Assembly: GCA_029864465.1 (NCBI GenBank)
Contig: JAOTTJ010000002.1
Coordinates: 1 to 42,357, forward strand
DNA from: Gammaproteobacteria bacterium
Lineage (GTDB): Bacteria > Pseudomonadota > Gammaproteobacteria > Steroidobacterales > Rariloculaceae
Direction of reading: 5' to 3'
Length of the DNA: 42,357 nucleotides
In this document: positions 16,280 to 24,103 of the stretch, in pieces
Position numbering within the stretch: position 1 is the first letter of the stretch
Layout: each line of letters opens with the position of its first letter
Program-made: the position numbers and the translations under genes
The notes under the pieces: generated by a model
Databases searched by the model: none
Told to the model about the DNA's origin: nothing
The model's input: the letters and a program-made list of their open reading frames with translations, nothing else

Positions 16280-17254
16280 ATGACACATGCGATTCGGATT
16301 CAACAGTACGGTGGCCCGGAAGTGCTCGAATGGGTCGAGGTCGAGGTGGGTGAGCCGCAAGCAGGCCAGGCGCGCGTCGAACACACGGCGGTCGGGCTGA
16401 ACTTCATCGACGTCTATTACCGCACGGGTCTGTACCCCGTGCCGCTGCCGAGCGGAATAGGCAGTGAGGCGGCGGGCGTTGTCACGGCCGTTGGCGAGGG
16501 CGTCACGCATATTGCCGTGGGCGATCGCGTGGCCTATTCGAATCCACCGCCGATCCAGTCGTACTCCGAGGAATGTGTCATGGATGCGCGTTGGCTCGTG
16601 AAACTGCCCGATGAGATCAGCGACGAGGCAGCTGCCTCGATGATGCTCAAGGGCTGGACCGCGTGGTATCTCTTGCGCCGCACGTATGCCGTGAAGCCCG
16701 GAGATTGGATTGTGCTCTACGCGGCGGCTGGCGGCGTCGGGCTCATTGCAGGCCAATGGGCAAAGCAACTCGGTGCGCGCGTCATCGGTATTGTCGGTAC
16801 AGAGGCGAAGCGCGAGCTGGCACTCGCACACGGTTGCGAGGCAGCGGTGCTGGCGGATGACGATGTCGTCGCCGCGGTCCAGGATCTTACGGACGGCACG
16901 GGCGTGTCCGTCGTCTACGACTCCGTCGGCCGTGACACATTCCATCAGTCCCTGGACTGTCTGCGGCCGCGCGGGCTCATGGTCAGCTTCGGCAACGCGT
17001 CGGGAGCGATTGAGCCCTTTTCGGTCGCCGAGCTCGCCAAGCGCGGTTCGCTCTACATCACGCGACCGACGCTCTGGAGCTACGTAACGAACAGAGAAGA
17101 GGTCGAGGCAGGCAGCAAGGAGCTGTTCGATCTCGTGGTCAGCGGCGTTATCAAGATTGAAGTCGGCCAGCGCTTCGCGCTCAAGGATGCGGCCGAGGCA
17201 CACCGCGCGCTCGAAGGACGCCGCACGACCGGCTCGACCGTGCTCGTTCCCTAG
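16280..17254 (+). CDS. qor: NADPH:quinone oxidoreductase (zeta-crystallin / MDR family, 324 aa)
   Basis: IRIQQYGGPEVLEWVEVEVGEPQAGQARVEHTAVGLNFIDVYYRTGLYP, AAAGGVGLIAGQWAK and the C-terminal AHRALEGRRTTGSTVLVP are all typical of Qor. Confidence 0.93.
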   Translation: MTHAIRIQQYGGPEVLEWVEVEVGEPQAGQARVEHTAVGLNFIDVYYRTGLYPVPLPSGIGSEAAGVVTAVGEGVTHIAVGDRVAYSNPPPIQSYSEECVMDARWLVKLPDEISDEAAASMMLKGWTAWYLLRRTYAVKPGDWIVLYAAAGGVGLIAGQWAKQLGARVIGIVGTEAKRELALAHGCEAAVLADDDVVAAVQDLTDGTGVSVVYDSVGRDTFHQSLDCLRPRGLMVSFGNASGAIEPFSVAELAKRGSLYITRPTLWSYVTNREEVEAGSKELFDLVVSGVIKIEVGQRFALKDAAEAHRALEGRRTTGSTVLVP

Positions 17255-17342
17255 CCCATTTCCACAATAATCGGCCGAAAAATTCCCTGGGCGCTCGAGG
17301 CCCGGGCGCATAGCCTGTGCCCACCGTTCAGAGGAAGATTCC

Positions 17343-17873
17343 GTGTTTCATCAACGTCACGAGGCCCGTTTCGCGATGCCCATCACAACCGTATTCGCAA
17401 GCGTCCTACAGGTGCTTGCACGGCGCCGCTGGGCGGCGGAGCCATGGTTCGACGGCGCCGACGCGCACCCGCCCATGGGGCGTCGCTATGTGTATCGCAA
17501 CGGCGCCCTTCTGCGTCGCGGACGCGTCGTTGAATGCTTGAGACCTGTGCTGCTGACGCTGTACGAGAGCCTCATCGACCCGCCGTGTCGGGTCAGGCTG
17601 CGCCTGCGTTGGCGGCTAGAGCCACTCGACACCGCCACGTCCGTGTTGCTTGATGCGCGCTATGAGCTCAACGGCCCGGCGTATCTGAATCGCCGGCATT
17701 GGCGTGAGCAGATCCACGGGCACTGTGGACGGCTGCTGATGGCCGTGCAGGTACGACTAGTCGATGCGCAGCTCGGTCAGGGGGTTGCGGCCGACAGCGG
17801 CCAGAAGATCGGCAGCAGTACCATGACCGTGACGAACACGACGGCTGTCAACGGTAAGCCGAGCTTCAAGTAG
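17343..17873 (+). CDS. Hypothetical protein, possibly SRPBCC/START-like (176 aa, GTG start)
   Basis: The N-terminal pattern HEARFAMPITTVFASVLQVLARRRW resembles SRPBCC proteins. The last ~32 codons overlap the convergent permease gene. The assignment is weak. Confidence 0.45.
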   Translation: MFHQRHEARFAMPITTVFASVLQVLARRRWAAEPWFDGADAHPPMGRRYVYRNGALLRRGRVVECLRPVLLTLYESLIDPPCRVRLRLRWRLEPLDTATSVLLDARYELNGPAYLNRRHWREQIHGHCGRLLMAVQVRLVDAQLGQGVAADSGQKIGSSTMTVTNTTAVNGKPSFK

Positions 17874-20194
17874 TCGGCAAAGCGGTACCCACCTGGGCCC
17901 ATGACGAGAATGTTGGCCGGGTGGGAGATCGGGCTCGTGAAGCTTGCCGATGCGGCCATCGCAACGGCCATCATCGCGGTCTGCGGCGCGATACCGAGAT
18001 CTGCGCTTGCAGAGAGCACGATAGGCGCCATGAGGACGACGAGTGCAGCGGTCGGAATGATCATGGTGCCGGCGGCGGTCACGAGATAGAGCCCTGCAAT
18101 AACTGCCATCGGGCCGAACGGTCCGAGTAGCGCCATCGTCTGTTCCGCCAGAAACGTTGCCGCGCCACTCTGCTCCATCGCCGTTCCGAGCGGCAGCATT
18201 CCGGCGATCAGGAAGATAGCCCGCCATTCGATTGCGCGATAGGCATCCTCCATGGTCAGGCAGTTTGTTACCACCATCAGTGTGGCGCCGATCACCGCGG
18301 CGATATAGATCGGCAGCCAGCCCGTGAGCACGGCGAAGATGACGGCGAACATGATGCCCGCGGCGAGCGGGGCTTTGGCAGTGTCGACTTGACGCTGAGT
18401 CACGGGCGTTAGCACGAGAAAATCCGGATCGCGCTCGAGCAGCGCGAGCTGCTGGCGCGGACCGAGTAGTAGCAACGCATCGCCGAACTGTAAGACGAGG
18501 CGATCGAGATTCGTGCGGATGGCTTCGCCCTTGCGCCAGACCGCGACGAGCTCGAGACCGTATTTCGCACGAAAGTTGATCTCCGAGGCGGGTCGTCCCA
18601 CGAGGCTCGAGCGCGGATCGAGCGTGGTCTCGAGCAGGTTGAGCCGGTCGGACTCGAAGACGTTGAGATTCGGTTGCGTGTCTGGCTGAATCTCGAGCTC
18701 CTGAAGTCCGCGCAGCACGTCGAGATCCTCCTCGCGGCCTTGAATCAGCAGCAAGTCGCCACCCTTCAAGGATTGATCGGGCTCCGGCATGATCGTGAGC
18801 TCGCCGTCGCGGAACAGGGCGAGCAAGCGGAAGTCGAACGCGTCGCCGAGACGGCTGCGCACGAGCGTATCGCCGGCGAGCTGCGATTCGTGCGGAACGC
18901 GGACGACGAAAATGCGCTCCTGTAAACGGTACGTTTCACTGACCTCCTGCTCGTCGACTTCGCGGCACGAGGAAAATTCTGCCGAACGCTCGAGCTCCTC
19001 GATCGTATCGGGTGTCGCCTGCAGCAATAGCACGTCGTTTGTGCGCAGCGGAACGTTCGCGAGATTGACGCGGCGCACGAGGTCGCCGCGCTTGATTGCG
19101 AGCACGTTGGCGCTGTGGCGGTCGCGGAACTCCGAATGGTGCAACAATTCGGCGACGAGATTAGAGTCCTCAGCGACCGTCGCTTCGACGAGTTTGACTT
19201 GCTCGGCCATGAGCGCTTGCAGCACGGGCGCCTCGCGCTCGATGACGAGGTCGCTCCAGCGTTGAAACTCGCTGAATCGATCGAGACGGCCCTGCACGAG
19301 CAGCTTGTCACCGCCCTGCAATACGGTTTGCCGCGACGGCATGAGCTCGTTTCGCCCGTAACGCTCGAGCGCGATGACGATGAGACCTGCAGCAACGCCA
19401 ATACGGCTTTGGCCGAGCGTTTTGCCGACGAGAATCGAATCCCCCGGAATCTTCATTTCGAAGGCGCGCGATTGCAGGCCGTAGAGCGCCCGAAGATTTC
19501 TCTGGCTGCGTCGCTGCGTTTCCTCCTCGGGTTTCTTTCGCGGCAGCAAGAAGCGTCCGGCGAGCGCGATGAAGGTGGTGCCCGCTACGAGCACGGCACC
19601 GCCGATCGGCGTGAAATCGAACAATCCAAACGGCGCATAGCCGGCGGCTTCTAGCGCGCCGCTTATCAGGAGGTTCGGTGGCGTGCCGATCAGCGTCGTC
19701 AGGCCGCCGAGCAGGCTGCCGTAGGCCAGCGGCATCAGCAGGCGTGACACGGGCAAGCGTGTCCGTCTAGCGATGTCGACGACGACTGGCAGCATGAGCG
19801 CGGCGACGCCGATGTTGTTCATGAACGCCGACAGCCCCCCTGCGGTAAGCATGATGACGATAATCATGCGGCTCTCTCGCCGGCCGGCGAGCCGCAGAAC
19901 GGTGCTGCCGATGACATCGGCGATACCCGTACGCGTTAAGCCGCTGCTGAGGATGAACATCGCCCAGACGGCGATGACGGCGGGATTCGAGAATCCGGCA
20001 ACTGCTTCCGGTGGCGTTACGAGCTCTGTGAGCACGAGACTGCCCATCACGAGCAGCGCAATCACGTCCATCCGAAGCTTTTCGCTGACAAATAGCGCCA
20101 GCGAAAGGACCAGAATGGCGAGTACGAGCCCGATCTCGAAAGTCAATGGAAGCCCTTGAGGCCTCGTGCGTGATGCGCGGCCGCAAGTGCGCAT
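17777..20194 (-). CDS. DASS/SLC13-type (CitMHS/ArsB superfamily) permease with four central TrkA-C (RCK C-terminal) domains
   Basis: Polytopic membrane halves (FSNPAVIAVWAMFILSSGL..., IGTPPNLLISG, ...FTSPISHPANILVMGPGGY) flank ~375 aa. That central part contains four repeats of the TrkA-C pattern, for example IPGDSILVGKTLGQSRI...GDKLLVQG and VPHESQLAGDTLVRSRL...GDLLLIQG. The start is uncertain (ATG 20218, ATG 20194 or TTG 20146). Confidence 0.88.
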   Translation of the reverse strand: MRTCGRASRTRPQGLPLTFEIGLVLAILVLSLALFVSEKLRMDVIALLVMGSLVLTELVTPPEAVAGFSNPAVIAVWAMFILSSGLTRTGIADVIGSTVLRLAGRRESRMIIVIMLTAGGLSAFMNNIGVAALMLPVVVDIARRTRLPVSRLLMPLAYGSLLGGLTTLIGTPPNLLISGALEAAGYAPFGLFDFTPIGGAVLVAGTTFIALAGRFLLPRKKPEEETQRRSQRNLRALYGLQSRAFEMKIPGDSILVGKTLGQSRIGVAAGLIVIALERYGRNELMPSRQTVLQGGDKLLVQGRLDRFSEFQRWSDLVIEREAPVLQALMAEQVKLVEATVAEDSNLVAELLHHSEFRDRHSANVLAIKRGDLVRRVNLANVPLRTNDVLLLQATPDTIEELERSAEFSSCREVDEQEVSETYRLQERIFVVRVPHESQLAGDTLVRSRLGDAFDFRLLALFRDGELTIMPEPDQSLKGGDLLLIQGREEDLDVLRGLQELEIQPDTQPNLNVFESDRLNLLETTLDPRSSLVGRPASEINFRAKYGLELVAVWRKGEAIRTNLDRLVLQFGDALLLLGPRQQLALLERDPDFLVLTPVTQRQVDTAKAPLAAGIMFAVIFAVLTGWLPIYIAAVIGATLMVVTNCLTMEDAYRAIEWRAIFLIAGMLPLGTAMEQSGAATFLAEQTMALLGPFGPMAVIAGLYLVTAAGTMIIPTAALVVLMAPIVLSASADLGIAPQTAMMAVAMAASASFTSPISHPANILVMGPGGYRFADYLKLGLPLTAVVFVTVMVLLPIFWPLSAATP

Positions 20195-20407
20195 ACCTGT
20201 CCGACGAAGCCGAATCATTCTAATCTACATGGGCGTGTGCCGAAAGATCGATCGCAGATAACGGGTGTGCTTGAATGTGAATCGTGAACTTGATCACATC
20301 GCAGCACTCGACCACTTCTATACTCGAGGGAGATCGCGGCGCGGCTGGCCGCCCCTCGTGAATCACCCTCGGCGATCAATGGCGGCTGGCCCTGCTCAGG
20401 AGGGCTC

Positions 20408-21037
20408 ATGAGTCGTACGCGCACGGAGAGAGTCGAGCCAGTCAGGAGTCTGCAGGAGTTTTTCCGGGATTCCGTCGCGCAATCGATGCGCCGGCAGGGG
20501 CTGCAGGCCTGTGACGTGACGGCCCACTATGTCGTCAACCTCTTGACGCTGTTCGCCCGCTCGGAAGCACTCTACGACGATTGTGAGTCACGCCGCGGGC
20601 TGAAGCCGTTGGCGCTCATGCTCGCTGATGCCGTCAACGCGCCAAGCGCGCGCGAGCGCGCACATGCGCTGCAACGACTCGGCGATGTCTCTTTGTTCAT
20701 ATCGGGTTTCTTCGCCGACGCACTCGCTGACAAGATCGTCGACATCGATTACTACATCTGCATGGGCGAAGGCGCCTACCACTCTTTGTCCCGGGAGATT
20801 CACAGCACGCCCCGCGGCGCGGCCTACGGGCCGGTATTCGATGAACTCTCCTGCAAGTTCAAAGGTTTCGTCGACGTCCTTGCTGATCTCAGGGCGGAGG
20901 CGCGAGCGCGTCCCGAGCAGGACGTGCTGAGGCTCTACGAGATCTGGCTGCGAACGGGCAGTCCACGCGCCGAGCGCCTGCTGCGGCGCCTAGGGATAGA
21001 GCCCAACGCAACGCTAGACAGTAGCTCGCGGCACTAG
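20408..21037 (+). CDS. Hypothetical cytoplasmic helical protein (209 aa)
   Basis: ATG 20408 is preceded by CAGGAGGG, and third-position G/C is high. It has no TM helix or signal peptide. I recognise no family. Confidence 0.75.
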   Translation: MSRTRTERVEPVRSLQEFFRDSVAQSMRRQGLQACDVTAHYVVNLLTLFARSEALYDDCESRRGLKPLALMLADAVNAPSARERAHALQRLGDVSLFISGFFADALADKIVDIDYYICMGEGAYHSLSREIHSTPRGAAYGPVFDELSCKFKGFVDVLADLRAEARARPEQDVLRLYEIWLRTGSPRAERLLRRLGIEPNATLDSSSRH

Positions 21038-21041
21038 AGCG

Positions 21042-21683
21042 ATGGTTTTGACCCAATTGCAGGCGATGCTGAGTGAGCTCTATGCGCTCGACGTCGCCTA
21101 TGACGTCGACGATTTTCTCGTGACCGATGAGCGTCTGGCCGACGCGCTCGATGTGGATGGACGCCAGCTCGACGAGAAACTGCTGATCGTCGAGGAACAG
21201 GGAGAAGCGTCGATCGCGCTATACGTCGACGCGTATGTCGTTGAGCGGCTTCGGAAGAACGATCCCGCGAGACAGTTGTGCACGGACAACTTAGAGGATT
21301 TCTGGACAGCGCTCGAGGGCGTCAGCCATTTCCTGTATTACGTTTGGAATGCTGCGCTCGAGAAATCCGTGACGCTCATGGAGATGGAGCTGCAGGCAGA
21401 GGTCGACAAATTCGTCGTTACGGCGCAGTTGCTCCGCCGGCAGGGCGGACGTCTGCCGGAAAACCTGCACCGCTGTCTGTTTGATTTACCGAAGTTCGAT
21501 GACCGGCTCGATGCCGAGGAGCTGGCGCGCTATCGGTCGGCGAATCGTTACGCGGGTAAGTACTGCATGAAGCTCGCGCCGCAGCTTGCGGCCGTGCCGG
21601 ATCCGGATGCGCTGCGCGACGAGCTCTGTTATTTCTATCGGCTCGCCCAGCCCGGCAAGATCGAGCACATCGAAGCAGCCTGA
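21042..21683 (+). CDS. Hypothetical acidic cytoplasmic protein (213 aa)
   Basis: It starts 4 nt after the stop of the preceding gene. Third-position G/C is high and the protein is very acidic. I recognise no family. Confidence 0.75.
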   Translation: MVLTQLQAMLSELYALDVAYDVDDFLVTDERLADALDVDGRQLDEKLLIVEEQGEASIALYVDAYVVERLRKNDPARQLCTDNLEDFWTALEGVSHFLYYVWNAALEKSVTLMEMELQAEVDKFVVTAQLLRRQGGRLPENLHRCLFDLPKFDDRLDAEELARYRSANRYAGKYCMKLAPQLAAVPDPDALRDELCYFYRLAQPGKIEHIEAA

Positions 21684-21696
21684 GCAGGGATCGCGC

Positions 21697-22104
21697 TCAA
21701 GATTTTCTCGGCAAATCGTCGCCGAGATGCAGCCAGTCGACGGCCGTTGCCGCGAATCCATGCGCCGCCGGCTCACGATCGATCGCTCCAGGAACGCACG
21801 CACGTGCGACGTGGATCTCACCGGGCCATCGCGAAGAGCGAAAAAAAATGCTGCTGCCGCACACACCGCAGAATCCGCGCTCGGCATCGGCGCTAGAGGA
21901 AAACCACTGCAAGCTTGCATCGCTCTTGAGCTCGAGCTGCGAACTATCGACGCCGATCCATGTTACGAACGCCGCGCCATGTGCGCGTTGACACATGCTG
22001 CAGTGACAGTGCGCACACCATTTTGTGGGGCCGACGATACGAAACGCCAGGACGCCGCACAGGCAGGCGCCAGCGAAAGATCGTGTCGAGCTATCGTCCA
22101 TCAC
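21697..22104 (-). CDS. GFA family protein (CENP-V/GFA zinc-binding domain, 135 aa)
   Basis: The Cys pattern is CLCG...CHCSMCQRAHG...FCGVCGS, characteristic of the glutathione-dependent formaldehyde-activating (GFA) fold. Confidence 0.85.
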   Translation of the reverse strand: MMDDSSTRSFAGACLCGVLAFRIVGPTKWCAHCHCSMCQRAHGAAFVTWIGVDSSQLELKSDASLQWFSSSADAERGFCGVCGSSIFFRSSRWPGEIHVARACVPGAIDREPAAHGFAATAVDWLHLGDDLPRKS

Positions 22105-22296
22105 TGCTGTTTCCGGTTTGGCGTATTGGCCCAGATCTCATACAAGCACGGAGATATTAGCAGCCCCGGGATCCTTGCTCGGTCGCTCGTCGCGCGTACT
22201 TAGAATCCCGCTTTACCCGCCGAATTTGTCGCTGTTCGCGCGCAGGCTGGACGCGGAGACTGGCTGCGTGTCTAGCAATATGCAAGGAGAGCGGGG

Positions 22297-22887
22297 ATGC
22301 AACGGATTGCACTTTTGCTGTTATGTGCCGGATTGGGAAGCTCGAGCGCTCAAGCCGATTTTTGCGAACGAGTCGGCCAGGTCATCGCGGGGTTCGCTGG
22401 CGGCGCGACCGGCTACGGCCTCGTCCGCAATCTCGGTACAGCCACCAATTGGGTCAGTGCCGGGCTCTACGGTGCTGGGCTTACGGTGGTCGGGATCGGC
22501 GGACAGTCTGTCGGCCAGGAGATTTGCGAGAACTTCGATGACCTGTTGAACGACATCATGGCGATATATTGTATCGCCGGTGAGTATGTTTGCGACGACG
22601 TTCTGCGTATGTCGGCGAGCCTATACACAGACTTCACGATTTGCACCGCCTGTTCTTCGGATCAGATTTTTAGTGCGTTCTTACTAGAGGACTCGGATCG
22701 GCAAGACTACCTTCGGCGTATGCAACGACAGATAACAGGGATCAGCGCGAGCTCACGGCCAGTTTCTCCGCGCTTCCATCTCGGCTTGCTGAATGCTGTC
22801 GTGCTGAATTCCTATTTTCTCGGACAGCAGGCGGGCTACGATCTCTTGAGATCGTCATCGACATCAATGTACGTGAACCGCAAATAA
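22297..22887 (+). CDS. Hypothetical secreted protein with a glycine-zipper region and a Cys-rich C-terminal half (196 aa)
   Basis: An AAGGAG RBS lies 8 nt upstream. The signal peptide is MQRIALLLLCAGLGSSSAQA. The Gly-rich segment is GFAGGATGYGLVRNLGTATNWVSAGLYGAGLTVVGIGGQSVG. The mature part has seven Cys. Codon third positions are visibly more A/T-rich than in neighbouring genes. Confidence 0.7.
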   Translation: MQRIALLLLCAGLGSSSAQADFCERVGQVIAGFAGGATGYGLVRNLGTATNWVSAGLYGAGLTVVGIGGQSVGQEICENFDDLLNDIMAIYCIAGEYVCDDVLRMSASLYTDFTICTACSSDQIFSAFLLEDSDRQDYLRRMQRQITGISASSRPVSPRFHLGLLNAVVLNSYFLGQQAGYDLLRSSSTSMYVNRK

Positions 22888-23084
22888 TGGAGCTCGCACA
22901 GTACTTGTTCGGCTGGCTTTGTATTGGCTTCGGCTTTTTCACGCTGACGGAGGGCTACCATGCCTTCCGTCAGCGTGCCGATAAAGCCGGGCGACCTGCT
23001 GGTTATTGGTGGCAAGCCGGTCTGATCGGTGCCGTCGGTTTCGGCTTGATCGCGTTCGGTTTGAGCTTGGAAGGCGGGATCTAG
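22887..23084 (+). CDS. Hypothetical small two-TM membrane protein (65 aa)
   Basis: Its ATG overlaps the TAA stop of the preceding gene (TAATG). Two hydrophobic helices (YLFGWLCIGFGFFTL and AGLIGAVGFGLIAFGLSL) flank a basic loop. Confidence 0.55.
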   Translation: MELAQYLFGWLCIGFGFFTLTEGYHAFRQRADKAGRPAGYWWQAGLIGAVGFGLIAFGLSLEGGI

Positions 23085-24103
23085 GTCTCGCCCTGTAGCA
23101 GATCGTCCATGCGCCGCGTGAGCTGCTCGAATTTGTAGCTCGGAATGCGATAGCGCCAGCCGCTCAAGCGTTCGTTGAGCGTTTGCGCTTCCGCCGTGGC
23201 CGCTGCCTGGTCGGCTTGCGGCGCGTCCGATTCGGTCGCCGCGGCGATGCTGATCCAGGTCGTGTCGTCGCGCTCGAACCCGGTCACGGTCAGCCGCAAG
23301 CCGTCGAAGGTCACGAGCTCCGTGACGGTCCGCTCGGTGTCGTCATCCGTGGCCCGCTCGACATCCTCGAGAGTCAAGTTCTGCAGGACGCCGGCTATGA
23401 CGTTCGCGACGCTGTCGTAGAGCAGCGAGCGGCCCTCGGGTATGCCCTCGACCGAGAAGTTCGCTTCGTCGGCAGATGCCTTGGCGGCTCGGACGATGTC
23501 CCCGTCCGGGTGCGTGACGGTGATCTCGCGCACGCGGGTCGATGCCAGATCGATGACCGCCGTGTCGAGCCAGTCGGCAGGCGTCTCGCCGAGCTCCGGG
23601 TCCCGGCTGATCAGGTAGCTCTGATTCTCGCCCGCTCGGCGGACGTAGCGGCGATAGTCCCCGGCGGCATCACCGACGACTATGGCCGCCGGTTCAGCTG
23701 GGCCATGCAGGGTGACGGCAAGCCCGCCGGCGTCGTCGGCTGCAACGTCCTCGACACCCAGGCGGTCGTGCAGCTCGGGATTGGCGGTCTTCGCCTCCAG
23801 AATGCGTGCCTCGGCGAGGCTCAACAAAGTATGGCGAACCTTTGTCAGATCGGCGCTGTAGCCGTCGCGCTCGCGCACGGTCCAGCCGTTCTCGTTACGG
23901 TCTAACGTTGCAACGGCTTCGCTCCCTGCGCCGACGATCTCGATGCTCGTGACCTCGTCGAGCATGCCCATGAGGCCGGGCAAGAACTCGTCGTCGGTTT
24001 GTGCGATGTCGCTCGGGCCCGTCGTTTGGCGTTGGCCGATCACCGCGAGCACGACGAGCACGACCAAGCCACCCGCTAGCCAGATCAAGTTCCGGCTGTT
24101 CAC
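23081..24103 (-). CDS. DUF4340-type protein, last gene of the ABC-2/GldG operon (340 aa)
   Basis: It has an N-terminal TM anchor. Its position is immediately after a GldG-like gene with a 4-nt start/stop overlap (24100-24103), which is the usual partner arrangement. The family call rests on context and my recollection of the family. Confidence 0.7.
   Translation of the reverse strand: MNSRNLIWLAGGLVVLVVLAVIGQRQTTGPSDIAQTDDEFLPGLMGMLDEVTSIEIVGAGSEAVATLDRNENGWTVRERDGYSADLTKVRHTLLSLAEARILEAKTANPELHDRLGVEDVAADDAGGLAVTLHGPAEPAAIVVGDAAGDYRRYVRRAGENQSYLISRDPELGETPADWLDTAVIDLASTRVREITVTHPDGDIVRAAKASADEANFSVEGIPEGRSLLYDSVANVIAGVLQNLTLEDVERATDDDTERTVTELVTFDGLRLTVTGFERDDTTWISIAAATESDAPQADQAAATAEAQTLNERLSGWRYRIPSYKFEQLTRRMDDLLQGET

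Noticed and set aside
16259-17311. A 350-aa minus-strand ORF antisense to qor. Long antisense ORFs of the same kind occur at 9552..10061, 15074..15643, 23183..23905, 24331..25014, 27899..28729, 31983..32573, 35653..36117 and 37717..38496.
   Set aside because: Each lies opposite a gene with clear family motifs and has a biased Arg/Gly/Asp/Ala composition with no recognisable domain.
21841-21848. An A8 homopolymer (T8 on the coding strand) inside the GFA gene as a possible slipped-strand phase-variation site.
   Set aside because: It simply encodes Phe-Phe within SSIFFRSS of an intact ORF. Eight residues is short for phase variation, and no contingency-locus context is present.
22117-22130. TTGGCGTATTGGCC upstream of the low-GC islet gene as a sigma54 promoter.
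   Set aside because: No GC dinucleotide lies at the required 10-nt spacing from the GG, so it fails the -12 element.
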